From an uncultured Actinomycetota bacterium (GTDB lineage: Bacteria; Actinomycetota; Actinomycetes; Actinomycetales; CAWJMD01), in the NCBI GenBank assembly GCA_963825505.1, contig CAWGTL010000010.1:64080-128079 (forward strand): DNA of 64,000 nt. The letters run 5' to 3'. Position numbers and translations under genes: made by a program. Shown here piece by piece: positions 1 to 14,100 of this stretch. The notes under the pieces were generated by a model, which worked only from the letters and a program-made list of their open reading frames with translations, did no database searches and was not told where the DNA came from. Position 1 is the first letter of the stretch; every line of letters begins with the position of its first letter.

Positions 1-1
1 C

Positions 2-997
2 AAGTTCATCCGGGCGGGCCTGGCCGCCGACCTGACCGAGGTGCTCGGGCCGGACACCGAGTGGGGCTCCACGATCGCGCCGGCCGCGCTCAAGACCTTC
101 GAGCTGGACGGCAAGAACTACGGCCTGCCCATCAACCTCGACGCCAAGTACCTCGCCTACAACACCGAGCTGTTCGACAGCGCCGGGGTCGAGGTGCCGG
201 AGACGCTCGAGGACCTGCTCACGGCGTGCGACCAGCTGAAGGCCGAGGGCATCCAGCCGATCGCCCTGGGCAACCAGTTCGGCTGGCCGGCGATCCACTA
301 CCTGACCCAGCTCAACGCCTACAACGTCGACCCCGAGACCCTGGCCAAGGACTACGCGCCGGAGTCGGGCGAGTTCACCGACCCGGGCTATGTCGCCGCG
401 CTGCAGCAGTTCTCGGACATCAACGACCGCTGCGGCTCCGCCGACGCCAACGGGCTCGCCCACGAGGCCGCCCAGGCGAACTTCCTCGCCGGCGACGCCG
501 CCATGCAGTACGTGGAGTCGGTGGAGTTCGGGGTCTTCACCGAGGAGGGCGGCGCCTCGCCCGAGCTCGCGAGCTCGTGGGACTTCTTCCGGCTGCCGGC
601 ACCTGCCGACGCAGCGGGGGACACCGACGCCCTCACCGGGGCCCCGGACGGCTTCCTGGTCAACGCCAAGAGCGAGAACGCCGGCCTGGCCGTGGACTTC
701 CTGAAGTTCTTCTCGTCCAAGGAGAACGCGTCGACCATGACCGAGGACCTCGGTTGGTTGAGCCCGGTCGAGGGCTCGGCGACGCAGGAGAACTCCTTCC
801 CGCAGCTGACCGCCACGCTGGACGACATCGGGCAGGCGAGCCAGTTCGCGGTGTGGCTCGACACCGTGGCCCACGCGGAGGTCGCGAGCGCCTACCTCGC
901 TGGTGTGGAGGGCATGCTCGGCGGCAACCTGACGCCCGAGCAGGTGATGCAGAGCGTCCAGGACGCCGCTGCGAAGGCGCAGGAGGAAGTCAACTGA
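2..997 (+). CDS. ABC transporter extracellular solute-binding protein (carbohydrate type), 5' end cut by window edge
   Basis: The frame of ORF 41..997 stays open back to base 2 (KFIRAGLAADLTE...). SBP-like sequence (YGLPINLDAKYLAYN, IQPIALGNQFGWP). Two ABC permease genes follow. Confidence 0.85.
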   Translation, partial: KFIRAGLAADLTEVLGPDTEWGSTIAPAALKTFELDGKNYGLPINLDAKYLAYNTELFDSAGVEVPETLEDLLTACDQLKAEGIQPIALGNQFGWPAIHYLTQLNAYNVDPETLAKDYAPESGEFTDPGYVAALQQFSDINDRCGSADANGLAHEAAQANFLAGDAAMQYVESVEFGVFTEEGGASPELASSWDFFRLPAPADAAGDTDALTGAPDGFLVNAKSENAGLAVDFLKFFSSKENASTMTEDLGWLSPVEGSATQENSFPQLTATLDDIGQASQFAVWLDTVAHAEVASAYLAGVEGMLGGNLTPEQVMQSVQDAAAKAQEEVN

Positions 998-1067
998 CCC
1001 GGCCCCCCGGGGCGGTACGCCCGTACCGCCCCGGGGTGGTCCCCGGCACGACGACGGAGGTGCTGGC

Positions 1068-1955
1068 GTGACGGCGACCCTGGTCCGCTGGCGGAGCTGG
1101 GCGTGGGTGCTGCCCGCGGTGCTGCTCCTGCTGGTGTTCGTCTACTACCCCGTCCTGGAGAACGTCCGACTGAGCTTCTTCTCGTGGAACGCGTTCAGTC
1201 CCTCGCCGGAGTTCGTCGGGCTGGAGAACTACCGCGAGGCGGCGCAGGACGAGATCTTCTGGCGTGCGCTCTGGAACAACACGGCCTACGCGGTCACCTC
1301 GCTGGTCTTCCAGGTCGGGTTCTCGCTCGTCCTGGCCGCCGTCCTCGAGGAGTTCGTGGGGCAGCGGCTGCGCGGGATCCTCCGCACGATCTACTTCATC
1401 CCCGCCGCCATGTCGATCACCGTCGTCGGCATCCTCTTCTCGTTCCTGTACAACCCGCAGTTCGGGCTGGTGAACAAGGCGCTGTCCGCGGTCGGCCTCG
1501 ACTCGCTGACCAGGACCTGGCTGGGCGAGGAGTCCACCGCGATCTGGAGCGTGATCGCGATGAGCCAGTGGCAGTCGATCGGTTACACCGCGCTGCTGTT
1601 CGTCGTGGCCATCCAGCGGATCCCCCGCGAGTACTACGAGGCCGTGCGGGTCGACGGCGCGGGCATGGTGCGCAGCTTCTTCACCATCACCGTGCCGATG
1701 GTGCGCGAGATGACCACGCTCGTGGTCATCCTCACGATCTCGGGCGCCTTCCTCGTGTTCAACGAGGTCATGGTGATGACCGCCGGCGGCCCGAACAACT
1801 CCAGCCAGGTGCTCGGTACCTGGCTCTACCGGCAGGCCTTCTTCGAGGACGACATGGGGTACGCGTCCACCGTCGCGACCGTGATCTTCGTCGTCACGTT
1901 CGCGATCGCCGCGATCCAGATCACCATCACCCGGCGCCGGAGGTTCGAGGCATGA
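1068..1955 (+). CDS. Carbohydrate ABC transporter permease (MalF-like)
   Basis: 295-aa multi-TM ORF with an EAA-loop-like segment (YEAVRVDGAGMVRSFFTITVPM). ATGA overlap with the next permease. Confidence 0.9.
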   Translation: MTATLVRWRSWAWVLPAVLLLLVFVYYPVLENVRLSFFSWNAFSPSPEFVGLENYREAAQDEIFWRALWNNTAYAVTSLVFQVGFSLVLAAVLEEFVGQRLRGILRTIYFIPAAMSITVVGILFSFLYNPQFGLVNKALSAVGLDSLTRTWLGEESTAIWSVIAMSQWQSIGYTALLFVVAIQRIPREYYEAVRVDGAGMVRSFFTITVPMVREMTTLVVILTISGAFLVFNEVMVMTAGGPNNSSQVLGTWLYRQAFFEDDMGYASTVATVIFVVTFAIAAIQITITRRRRFEA

Positions 1956-2857
1956 GCTCACCAGTCGCGCTGAAGCCCGCACCTGCGCCCGTGGCCGAGC
2001 CCGAGAGGCGGCGCCCGGTCGCCTCGCCGTGGGAGGTCCTGGCGCGGGTCACCGTCCGGCTGCTGGTGTGGGGCCTGCTCCTCACGCTCCTGCTCGCGAT
2101 CCTCTACCCCCTGCTGTGGATGGTCATGGGCGGGTTCAAGAGCAACGAGGAGGTCTTCAACACCCCCTGGGGACTTCCCGGGGAGCTGCGCTGGGAGAAC
2201 TACGCCAGGGCGTGGGAGCTCGGGGTGGTGCGGTACTTCACGAACAGCCTCGTCGTGACGGCTGTCTCCATCGTCTCCACGACGCTGCTGAGCGCCTGGG
2301 CCGCCTACGGCCTGACCCGGATCAGGATCCCGCTGGGCAACGCCGTCGTCCTGTTCCTGCTCGGCGGCCTGATGCTCGCGCCCACCGTGGCGCTCATCCC
2401 GCTGTTCCGCCTGCTGCAGACGCTCGGGATCTTCGACACCCACCTGGCGCTGATCATCCTGTACACGGCGTTCCGGATCCCGTTCACGACCTTCCTGATC
2501 CGGGCGTACATGATCGACCTGCCGCGGGAGGTCGACGAGGCCGCGACCGTCGACGGTGCGTCGAGGACCCAGACCTTCTGGCGCATCATCCTGCCGATGT
2601 GCCGCCCGATCCTCGTCTCGGCGGCGCTGCTGCAGGCGCTCTTCGCCTGGAACGAGTTCGTGTTCGCCCTGGTGTTCATCGGCAGCGACTCCTTGAAGAC
2701 GCTGCCGGTCGGGCTGGTCTCGATGCAGAGCCGGCTCCTGACCGACTGGCCCGTCGTCTTCGCCGGCCTGACCATCGCCGCGCTGCCGATGATCCTGCTG
2801 TTCCTCATCGGTCAGCGGCAGTTCCTGCGCGGTCTGACCGAGGGCGTCGGCAAGTAG
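1952..2857 (+). CDS. Carbohydrate ABC transporter permease (MalG-like)
   Basis: ATG 1952 is in frame within ORF 1103..2857 and the real protein begins MSSPVALKPAP. EAA loop DEAATVDGASRTQTFWRIILPM. Upstream part of the long ORF is off-frame overlap with the previous gene. Confidence 0.9.
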   Translation: MSSPVALKPAPAPVAEPERRRPVASPWEVLARVTVRLLVWGLLLTLLLAILYPLLWMVMGGFKSNEEVFNTPWGLPGELRWENYARAWELGVVRYFTNSLVVTAVSIVSTTLLSAWAAYGLTRIRIPLGNAVVLFLLGGLMLAPTVALIPLFRLLQTLGIFDTHLALIILYTAFRIPFTTFLIRAYMIDLPREVDEAATVDGASRTQTFWRIILPMCRPILVSAALLQALFAWNEFVFALVFIGSDSLKTLPVGLVSMQSRLLTDWPVVFAGLTIAALPMILLFLIGQRQFLRGLTEGVGK

Positions 2858-2887
2858 GGCGGGTGTCACGACGCCTCGAGGGCGAAG

Positions 2888-3691
2888 ATGGTCGGCATGG
2901 TCCGAACCGGTGTGGTGTTCCGCCCGCAGTCCCCGCCCGAGCGGCTGAGGGAGGTCGTGGAGGCGGCTGACGCGTCCGCCGTCGACGAGCTGTGGCTCTG
3001 GGAGGACTGCTTCCTCGAGGGCGGCCTCACGACCGCGGCCCTCGCCCTCGCCTGGTCGAGCCGGCTCACCGTCGGCATCGGGCTGCTGCCGGTGCCCCTG
3101 CGCAACCCCGCGGTCGTCGCGATGGAGGTCGCGGTCCTGGCGCGTACCTTCCCCGGCCGCTTCGTCCTCGGCCTCGGGCACGGGGTGCTCGACTGGATGG
3201 CCCAGGTCGGTGCGCGGGCGTCCTCGCCGATGACGCTGCTGCGCGAGCACACGATGGCCGTGCGCGGGCTGCTCGGCGGCGAGCGGGTCGACGTCGACGG
3301 CGACCACGTGCACCTGGACGGCGTCGCCCTCGACTGGCCGCCGCCCACGCCGCCGACAGTCCTGGTCGGGGCGCGCGGGCCGCGCACGCTGCGTCTCGCC
3401 GGCGAGGTGTCCGACGGCGTGATCCTCGACGCCGAGGTGACGAGTCCGGACGAGGTGCGCCGGGGACGGGCTCTGGCGCAGGAGGGCCGCGACGCCGCAG
3501 GGCGGGCAGGTCGCGTGCAGGTGACCGTCTACACCGAGCTGGGGCCGGACGCCGTCACGCCGGACGCCGTGGCCGAGCGGGTGGGGCTGGTGGCCGAGGC
3601 CGGCGCCGACGTCGTGGTGCTCCAGTCCGACGCCGAGACCCCCGAACCGCACGCGCTGCTCGCCGCGCTCGGCGCCGCCGGGTCGGGCTGA
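2888..3691 (+). CDS. LLM-class (luciferase-like) flavin/F420-dependent oxidoreductase
   Basis: 267-aa ORF with LLM-family features (DELWLWEDCF, GIGLLPVPLRNPAVVAMEVAVLA, GLGHGV). Exact start (2888/2897) is uncertain. Confidence 0.75.
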   Translation: MVGMVRTGVVFRPQSPPERLREVVEAADASAVDELWLWEDCFLEGGLTTAALALAWSSRLTVGIGLLPVPLRNPAVVAMEVAVLARTFPGRFVLGLGHGVLDWMAQVGARASSPMTLLREHTMAVRGLLGGERVDVDGDHVHLDGVALDWPPPTPPTVLVGARGPRTLRLAGEVSDGVILDAEVTSPDEVRRGRALAQEGRDAAGRAGRVQVTVYTELGPDAVTPDAVAERVGLVAEAGADVVVLQSDAETPEPHALLAALGAAGSG

Positions 3692-3692
3692 C

Positions 3693-4020
3693 TCACTCCA
3701 GGGCGAGCCGCATCACGACGCGCGGGAAGCCGTCGGTCACCGAGGGCGTGTCCGCCACCTTCACGAAGCCGGCGCTCTCGAACAGCGCGCGGGTGCCCAC
3801 GGAGGCCATCGTCAGGTCGACCTTCGTCCCGCCGTTGTCGACCGGGACGGCCTCGACGGCACAGCGCGCGGACGTACTCACCGCGCTCGCAGCCGACGAG
3901 CGAGCGGTTGGTCCTCGAGTCCAGCCGGTGGCTGAGGCACCAGCACACGCTGGCGTCGGGGTCCCGCTTCGGCCCCGTCGTGGTGACCTGCGGCGGGCCG
4001 TTCCAGCCGGCGCTGGGCAG
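3693..4020 (-). pseudogene. GNAT-family N-acetyltransferase remnant (N-terminus missing, internal out-of-frame deletion)
   Basis: One frame reads GPKRDPDASVCWCLSHRLDSRTNRSLVGCERGEYVRALC. It jumps frame near 3865-3880 to AVEAVPVDNGGTKVDLTMASVGTRALFESAGFVKVADTPSVTDGFPRVVMRLALE. The ~85-aa acetyl-CoA-binding core expected between them is absent. No start codon after the TAG of the upstream gene at 4021. Confidence 0.6.
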
Positions 4021-4488
4021 CTACCGCGACAACGTGGTCGTCGTCGCCGCGAGCCGCCGCAGCGAGTAGCCGATGAGCACGAACAGCACGCCCATGCCCA
4101 TCGCCATCGCGGCGATCCCGAAGGACACCACCGAGGTGAACAGCGAGGCCCGCAGGAACGAGCCGTTCATGACCGTGGCGCGCACGGGGTCCTCGCGGTC
4201 GAGCTCGGCGTAGGTCTTGCCCTCGGAGGCCTCGAGCGCGTGCTTCTCGATGATGTCGGCCTCGGAGTACGCGGTGAACGGGCCGTCGACCGCGTCGCCG
4301 GCGAACCAGCGGGCGTCCTCGGCGACGGTGATCTTCTCGGCGGACAGCGAGGTCTGCACCAGACCCCACGTGGCTGCGCCGCCCAGGGCGAGCACGATGC
4401 CGCCGACCATCACCAGCAGCGCGAGCAGGCGCAGCGGTCCCTGGGTGTGCTTCTGGGTCACGGCGGGCCTCGTCGCGGTCGTGGTCAT
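4021..4488 (-). CDS. Two-TM membrane protein of unknown function
   Basis: ATG 4488 is preceded by AAGGAGAA. MTTTATRPAVTQ..., hydrophobic helices near both ends, high GC3. The ORF-track start at 4593 is probably too far upstream. Confidence 0.7.
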   Translation of the reverse strand: MTTTATRPAVTQKHTQGPLRLLALLVMVGGIVLALGGAATWGLVQTSLSAEKITVAEDARWFAGDAVDGPFTAYSEADIIEKHALEASEGKTYAELDREDPVRATVMNGSFLRASLFTSVVSFGIAAMAMGMGVLFVLIGYSLRRLAATTTTLSR

Positions 4489-4638
4489 GGCGTTCTCCTT
4501 CGTCGGGGGATCCTGCGGGATCCTCGTGCCGGCGTCTCGCCGACACCTGGAGTGAAGCGGCCCGGCGCACCCGCGATCAGGGACCAGAGGCACGACCTCG
4601 GGGGACCTAGGTCCCGCGGCGGACGCGACCGACCGGTC

Positions 4639-5703
4639 TCAGCCGGTGAGGACGGCGCGCACGCCCCTGGCCAGCTCGAGGTCCTCACGCGCCTCCAGCA
4701 CCAGGGTGCGCACCGAGGCGTCCGGGGCGGTGATCTCGTGGTCGCCGTCGCCCGCGTCATCCTGGTCGTCGAGCGCGACACCGAGGTGCGCGAGCCGGTC
4801 GGCGAGTCCTGCGCGCACCACCGCCGAGCGCTCACCGACACCACCGGTCAGCACCAGAAGGTCGAGGCCGCCGAGGGAGACGGTCATCGCGGCGACCGCG
4901 CGGGCCAGGTGGTGCAGGTAGACGTCGAGGGCCGTCCGCACGTCCGGCTCGTCGAGCCTGGCCTCGATCTCGCGCAGGTCGCCGGTGCCGGCCAGGGCGG
5001 TGAGACCGCCGTCCCGGTCGACGCCGGCGGACACCTCGTGCGGGTCCAGCCCGCCGTGGGTGATGAGCCAGAGCAGCATGCCCGGGTCGAGATCGCCTGC
5101 GCGCGAGGACATGACGACACCGGCGGAGGGGGTGAACCCCATCGTGGTGTCCACGGACCGACCGTCCAGGACGGCGCAGACCGAGGCGCCGGAGCCGATG
5201 TGCGCCACCACCACCCGGCGCACGTCCGGCACGAGCTCGGCCGCACGTCGTGAGGCGTAGGCGTACGACAGGCCGTGAGCGCCGAACCGCCTGAGGCCGA
5301 ACCGCTCCCGCCACGCGGCGGGTACCGCGTAGGTCGACGCAGCCGCCGGCAGGTGGTGGTGGAACGCGGTGTCGAAGCACGCCACCGACGGCGCGTCGGG
5401 CGCCACGTCGCGGGCGACCCGGATGCCCTCGATCGCGGTGGGCTGGTGCAGCGGCGCGAGCGGGACCAGCTCCTCCAGGTCGCGCAGCATCTCGTCGTCG
5501 ACGAGCTCGGGGTCGACGTGCCGGCTGCCGCCGTGCACCACCCGGTGGCCCACGCCGTCGACCGCGCCGTGCTCGTCGAGGAGCGCCCGGACGCCCTCGG
5601 CGAGGTCGGACCGCTGCGCATCGGCCGAGCCGACCAGCTCCTCGCCGTCGAGGACGCGGAGCTTGAGGCTGCTGGACCCCGCGTTGACCGCGAGCACCCT
5701 CAC
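4639..5703 (-). CDS. ackA: Acetate kinase
   Basis: C-terminal 354 codons of ORF 4639..8295 read [15 protein letters not shown]...HRVVHGG...[14 protein letters not shown] 5703 overlaps the xfp stop (GTGA). Confidence 0.93.
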   Translation of the reverse strand: MRVLAVNAGSSSLKLRVLDGEELVGSADAQRSDLAEGVRALLDEHGAVDGVGHRVVHGGSRHVDPELVDDEMLRDLEELVPLAPLHQPTAIEGIRVARDVAPDAPSVACFDTAFHHHLPAAASTYAVPAAWRERFGLRRFGAHGLSYAYASRRAAELVPDVRRVVVAHIGSGASVCAVLDGRSVDTTMGFTPSAGVVMSSRAGDLDPGMLLWLITHGGLDPHEVSAGVDRDGGLTALAGTGDLREIEARLDEPDVRTALDVYLHHLARAVAAMTVSLGGLDLLVLTGGVGERSAVVRAGLADRLAHLGVALDDQDDAGDGDHEITAPDASVRTLVLEAREDLELARGVRAVLTG

Positions 5704-8063
5704 CCGCGCCACCGCCAGTCCCGCACCTCGGGTGCGTCCTCGCCGTGGTCGCGGGTCCAGCGCACGGCGGCGTCGCGCAGCCGGGTCATCTCGGCGCGCA
5801 CCCCCTGCGCGCCGCCTGCCAGGCCGGGCACCCGGTCGATCACGTCGCGCACCAGACCGAACCGGTCCAGGTCGTTGAGCCGCACCATGTCGAAGGGCGT
5901 GGTGGTCGTGCCCATCTCCTTGTACCCGCGCACGTGGATGTTGTCGTGGTTCGTGCGGCGGTACGTCAGCCGGTGGATGAGGGCCGGGTACCCGTGGTAG
6001 GCGAAGATCACCGGGGCACTGGTGGTGAAGGCCGCGTCGAAGTCCGCGTCGGACAGGCCGTGCGGGTGCTCGCGCTCGTCCTGCAACCGCATCAGGTCGA
6101 CCACGTTGACCACGCGCACCTTCAGCGCCGGGAGGTGGTCGCGGAGCAGCTGGGCGGCCGCCAGCACCTCGAACGTGGGGACGTCGCCGGCGCACGCCAG
6201 CACGACGTCGGGCTCCCCGTCGTCGAGGTGCCCGGCCCACTCCCACACGCCGAGCCCCCTGCGGCAGTGCTCGGCCGCCTCCTGCGGGCCCAGCCACGCG
6301 GGCATCGGGTTCTTCCCCGCGACGACCACGTTGACGGTGTCGGTGGTGCGCAGGCAGTGGTCCATCGTCGACAGCAGGGTGTTGGCGTCCGGCGGCAGGT
6401 ACACCCGCACGACGTCGGCCGACTTGTTGACCACGTGGTCGATGAAGCCCGGGTCCTGGTGCGAGAAACCGTTGTGGTCCTGACGCCAGACGTGGCTCGA
6501 GAGAAGGTAGTTCAGCGACGCGACGGGTGGGCGCCAGTCGAGCCGCTTGCTGGTCTGCAGCCACTTGGCGTGCTGGTTCACCATCGAGTCGACGATGTGG
6601 ACGAACGCCTCGTAGCAGTTGAAGATCCCGTGCCGGCCGGTGAGGGTGTACCCCTCGAGCCACCCCTGGCACAGGTGCTCGGACAGGATCTCCAGCACCC
6701 TGCCGTCCTGGGCGAGCGACACGTCGTCGTCGGAGACCTCGCCGAGCCAGCGGCGCGAGGTCACCTCGAACACCGCCTGCAACCGGTTCGACGCCGTCTC
6801 GTCCGGGCTGGTCATCAGGAACGTCCGCGGGTTCGCCCGGAAGACCTCGCGCACCCACTCGCCGAGAACGCCGGTGGGGGAGTGGTCCTCCGCGCCCGGT
6901 GCGTGGACCGCCACGGCGTGGTCGGCGATCGGGGGGAGGTCGAGCGCGCGGCGGATGCGCCCTCCGTTCGCGTGCGGGACCGCGCTCATCCGGCGGTCGC
7001 CCTCGGGTCGCAGCGGGTCGAGGTCCGCGACCAGCCGCCCGTCGTCGCCGAACAGCTCCTCGGGCCGGTACGAGCGCATCCACTCCTCGAGCTGGGCGCG
7101 GTGCGCGTCGTCGGTGCGGGTCTCGGCGAGCGGCACCTGGTGCGAGCGGTAGGTGCCCTCCACCCGCAGGCCGTCGACGACGGCCGGCCCGGTCCAGCCC
7201 TTCGGCGTGCGCAGCACGATCACGGGCCACGCCGGCCGCACCACGGGCCCGTCGTGGGAGCGGGCGTCGTGCTGGATCCGCCGGATCTCGTCGAGCACGT
7301 CGTCGAGCAGGTCGGCCATCCGGGCGTGCACCGAGGCGTGGTCCTCGTCCGCGTCGGCGGTGAACAGGTACGGCCGGAAGCCGTACCCGGTGAGCAGCGC
7401 CACGAGCTCGGGCTCCGGGATCCGGGCCAGCACCGTCGGGTTGGCGATCTTCCAGCCGTTGAGGTGGAGCACCGGCAGCACGGCGCCGTCGGTGCGCGGG
7501 TTGAGGAACTTCGTGGAGTGCCAGCTCGCGGCCAGGGCACCGGTCTCGGCCTCGCCGTCGCCGACCACGCAGGTCACCAGCAGGTCCGGGTTGTCGAAGG
7601 CGGCGCCGTAGGCGTGAGCCAGGCAGTACCCGAGCTCGCCGCCCTCGTTCATCGAGCCCGGCGTCTCCGGGGCCGCGTGGCTCGGGATGCCGCCGGGGAA
7701 CGAGAACTGCCGCATCAGCGCCTGCAGCCCGGCGGCGTCGCGCCCGACGCCGGGGTAGACCTCGGAGTAGGTGCCCTCCATCCACGCCTGGGCCACCACG
7801 GCCGGACCGCCGTGGCCCGGACCCGTGACGAACAGGACCTCCTGGTCGCGCTCGACGATCGCGCGGTTGAGGTGCGACCACACGAAGTTCAGCCCCGGCG
7901 TGGTGCCCCAGTGCCCGAGGAGCCGTGGCTTCACGTGGTCGGCGACGAGCCGTTCGCGCAGCAGCGGGTTGTCCAGGAGGTAGATCTGACCGACGGACAG
8001 GTAGTTGGCCGCCCGCCACCAGGCGTCGACCCGTGCCAGCTGCGCCTCGCGCTCGTTCACCAT
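5700..8063 (-). CDS. xfp: Xylulose-5-P/fructose-6-P phosphoketolase
   Basis: ORF 5700..8099 with [23 protein letters not shown] and [11 protein letters not shown] motifs. ATG 8063 is preferred over TTG 8099. Translationally coupled to ackA. Confidence 0.93.
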   Translation of the reverse strand: MVNEREAQLARVDAWWRAANYLSVGQIYLLDNPLLRERLVADHVKPRLLGHWGTTPGLNFVWSHLNRAIVERDQEVLFVTGPGHGGPAVVAQAWMEGTYSEVYPGVGRDAAGLQALMRQFSFPGGIPSHAAPETPGSMNEGGELGYCLAHAYGAAFDNPDLLVTCVVGDGEAETGALAASWHSTKFLNPRTDGAVLPVLHLNGWKIANPTVLARIPEPELVALLTGYGFRPYLFTADADEDHASVHARMADLLDDVLDEIRRIQHDARSHDGPVVRPAWPVIVLRTPKGWTGPAVVDGLRVEGTYRSHQVPLAETRTDDAHRAQLEEWMRSYRPEELFGDDGRLVADLDPLRPEGDRRMSAVPHANGGRIRRALDLPPIADHAVAVHAPGAEDHSPTGVLGEWVREVFRANPRTFLMTSPDETASNRLQAVFEVTSRRWLGEVSDDDVSLAQDGRVLEILSEHLCQGWLEGYTLTGRHGIFNCYEAFVHIVDSMVNQHAKWLQTSKRLDWRPPVASLNYLLSSHVWRQDHNGFSHQDPGFIDHVVNKSADVVRVYLPPDANTLLSTMDHCLRTTDTVNVVVAGKNPMPAWLGPQEAAEHCRRGLGVWEWAGHLDDGEPDVVLACAGDVPTFEVLAAAQLLRDHLPALKVRVVNVVDLMRLQDEREHPHGLSDADFDAAFTTSAPVIFAYHGYPALIHRLTYRRTNHDNIHVRGYKEMGTTTTPFDMVRLNDLDRFGLVRDVIDRVPGLAGGAQGVRAEMTRLRDAAVRWTRDHGEDAPEVRDWRWRG

Positions 8064-8120
8064 CGGCCCAGCCTTCGGGGTGCGCGTCCCCCGACGCAAC
8101 AGGTCCTCGGTCCCGACCTG

Positions 8121-10857
<2,737 letters not shown>

Positions 10858-10862
10858 TCGCC

Positions 10863-10880
10863 GCGGCCCGGACGGGCCGC
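10863..10880 (+). terminator. Stem-loop just after katG
   Basis: GCGGCCC-GGAC-GGGCCGC lies 6 nt after the katG stop. There is no U-tract, as is common in high-GC actinobacteria. Confidence 0.4.
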
Positions 10881-10977
10881 CACCGACGCCACGCGTCCGA
10901 CCCGAACTCGTCGGGCGCGTGGCGTCGTCGTGCCCAGCGTGGGCACGTACGCCACCACCGACACCCCTGGAGAACCG

Positions 10978-11148
10978 ATGACCGCTTCGGGCCCGGCGGG
11001 TCCCCGTCCCGTGCACCGGTTCCCGCCCGCGACGCTGGAGGCCGTCGTCGAGCCCGTGCACCCGACGCAGCGGATGCGCCTGCCGCGGCCGCGGATCGGC
11101 CCGGATCCGCTCGACCGGATGGCGTGGTTCCGCGAGAACCCGCGCTGA
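10978..11148 (+). CDS. Possible small protein (56 aa), unknown function
   Basis: ATG 10978 follows TGGAGAA. High third-position GC through to TGA 11148. An 8-bp inverted repeat GAGAACCC...GGGTTCTC (11134-11160) spans the stop. No recognisable family. Confidence 0.3.
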   Translation: MTASGPAGPRPVHRFPPATLEAVVEPVHPTQRMRLPRPRIGPDPLDRMAWFRENPR

Positions 11149-11181
11149 GCAGGGGTTCTCACGGAACCTGGCGGTGTCGCG

Positions 11182-14100
11182 CTAGCGGCGCGTGACCTGC
11201 ACCGCCGAGCTCACCACGGTGACGCCCGGCACCGCCGGCGTGCGCATCTGCGTCGTCACCGTGCCGTTCCCGGTCTTCACGCCCCTGACGGTGAACGTGT
11301 ACTGCAGGGAGGCGCCGGGGGTCGGGTCGGTCGAGGTGACCACCAGGTCGCCGGTGGGCAGGGTCGCCACCATGTCGCCCTCACCGGCGGCGTTCTCGGC
11401 GCCGACCAGGAAGTCCTGTCCAGCAGGGTCGCTCGGCATGTCGGCGGGGTCGTAGGCGTAGCTGATGTCCTGCACGCCGTTCACGCCGATCCAGGTCTGG
11501 AACGCGCGGGTGTCGGTGGTGCCGAACACGTTCACCCGGTGCTCGACGACGAGCCAGGTGCTCACGCCGTCATTGAGGGTGCCGGCGAGGATGCCTGCTG
11601 CGCCGGTGCCGTCCAGGTCGGTCCAGAACGGGGCGAGCACGTCGTTGGGCGGGCTCGGGTCAGGGCCGGCGGGCAGGTTGCAGCAGTTGTTGTCCTCGGA
11701 GGTCCCGCCGCCGACCACCAGGTAGCCGTTGGAGTTCACGCCGATCGAGGTGTAGGTCCGCCCGTTGTACTCGTACGCCGGGACGTTGAAGTTGATGAAC
11801 TCCTCGTCCCCGATCGCGATCGGCGCGATCCCGAACAGATCGAGCGGCAGGTACCCCGCCGGGCCGGCGCCCGGGTCGACCGACGGCACCCCGAGCTCGG
11901 CACCGTCGAGGGTGGCGCCACGCACCTCGAGGGCGCGTGGGCGGGTGATGGTGGCCCCGGTGGCGCTGACGGCGACGAGCTCGGTGTCCAGCGCGGTGTC
12001 GAGGTCGACCACGGCCGGGTCGAACGAGGCGTTGGTCGCCGTCACGCTGCACGTCGCGGTGGCCCGCAGCGCGATCGAGGACGGCGTGCAGGACTGCGCC
12101 AGCGAGACCTCGCCCTGCTCGTGGACGAAGGCGACCGGCAGGTGCAGCTGCGGGCTGCCGACCGGCTTGAGTTCGATCGTGCCGAACTGCTGCGCGCCGA
12201 GCGGTGCGTCGGTGGTGATCGTGATCTTCAGCGTCGCCGACCTCCCCGGTCGCAGGGTCAGCTTCGCCGGCTTGACCGTGATCTTCGACCCGGCGGGCGA
12301 CTGCGCGCTGGTCGCGATCCTCACGGCCCTGCTGCTCGTGCTCGTGATCACGCGCGTGGTCTCGAGGATCCCCGGCACGACGGGGGCGTTGACCGACGGC
12401 AGGTTGAGGTGCACGGCGGTCAGCGCGTCGTTGCCGAGCGCCGCGAACCGGGCCGCGGTCTCGTCCATCGTGAACGGCACCCGGTCCGAGGACCCGAGGT
12501 CGATCCGGCCCGCGCCCATGTCGAACGGGTCGGCCGGGGTGGTGAGGTCCTCCTTGACCACGCTGGTGAGTGCGGACGTCATCAGGGCCGACTTGATCTG
12601 CCCCGGCGACCAGGTGGGGTGCGTCGCGCGCAGGAGGATCGCGGCGCCGGCGACGTGCGGCGACGACATCGAGGTGCCGGCGATCGCCTGGTAGTACTCA
12701 CCCGGCGGGCCGGACTCGGTGGCCTCGGTGATCGGGGTGTCGCCGGCGAGGATCTGCACGCCGGGGGCGGTGACGTCGGGCTTGAGGAAGAGCCCGGCGG
12801 GGCCGCGGGACGAGAAGGCGGCCATCACGTCGCCCTGGCCGTCGCGCGCGGTGCCCGCGGTGAAGGTGGCGGTCAGGCCGGGGTGGGCGGCGGCGAACGC
12901 CACCAGCGAGGTGCCGTCGGCGAGGTGCACCGTCGGCAGCCAGTGCGTGTCGGTCTCGATGTCGGCGAGCGTCGGGTTGTAGAGCACCATGCCGGCCGCG
13001 CCGCCCTGCAGGACGTTGAAGCCCTTGTCCACGCGGGCGTTCACGCCGCGCTGGCAGGCGACGATCTTGCCCGCGAAGATCCCGGGCGGGGCCGGGACGT
13101 CGCACAGCGGCCGGCTGTAGGGCGCGGCCGAGGAGAAGACCAGCGGGAGCGGTCCGGCGCCGCCGGTGATCGAGGCGCCGTCCACCACCAGGCTCGCGCC
13201 GTCGCTGGAGGCGACGGTCAGGGTCGAGGCGAACTCACGGGTCTGGGTCGAGGCGGCGACGGTCATCGTCCACGGCGACAGGTGGTTCGCGGTGCCCGCG
13301 CCGGGACCGTTGTTGCCCGCCGAGGTGGAGACCAGGACGCCGGCCGCGTACGCGTCGAGGAAGGCCAGCTCGACCGGGTCGGTGAACGGGTCGGTGCCCC
13401 CGGAGATGGAGAAGTTGATGACGGTGACGCCGTCGAGGACCGCCTGCGCCACGGCGGCGGCCGAGTCGGACGAGAAGCAGCCCTCGATGCCGCACACCTT
13501 GTACGACATCACCCAGGCTCCGGGCGCCATGCCGTGGATCGGGGGCTTCGGCGACCCCAGGACCGACACCCCGTCCACCACGTTGCCGGCCGACGTCGTC
13601 GTGGTGTGGGTGCCGTGGCCGTTGGAGTCGCGGGCGGTGTGGAACGGCTCGGCCGCCGCCCGAGCGGGGCTCGACAGGTACGTGGCGAGGAACGGACGGC
13701 CGCCGATGAGCTTCTTCTGGCAGACGAACGGGTCGGTCGCCGGCGTCAACGGGTTGTCGCCGAAGTCGCACACGCGCGCCGGTCCGGGCGGGGCGGCGAG
13801 GTTGCCCTGGTCGGCGAGGGAGGGGTGCTCGGGCCACACGCCGGAGTCGAGGTTGCCGTAGATGACGCCCTGGCCGGCGTCCGCCGTGCTGCCGAGGGCG
13901 GTGTAGACAGGCTGGGTGTTGAGGAAAGCCGCGCTGGAGTCGGTGAGCAGCTGGCGCGGGGTGTCGGCCTGGACGGCGGTGACGCCGTCGATCGCGAGCA
14001 CGGCCTCGACGCTGCTGGCCGGGATGGTCGCGGCGATGCCGCCGTACACCGTCCGCAGCCGCTGGCCCACCTGCGCCGACGGCACCGCGGCGCGCAGGGC

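Noticed and set aside
1690-1705. GCCGATGG octamer inside the first permease gene (similar in-gene copies near 8060 and 49810 on the minus strand)
   Set aside because: These copies lie inside genes (the 8060 copy spans the xfp start codon). None has a TCA(G/A) element 15 nt upstream. Chance occurrences of the octamer are expected in a window of this size and composition.
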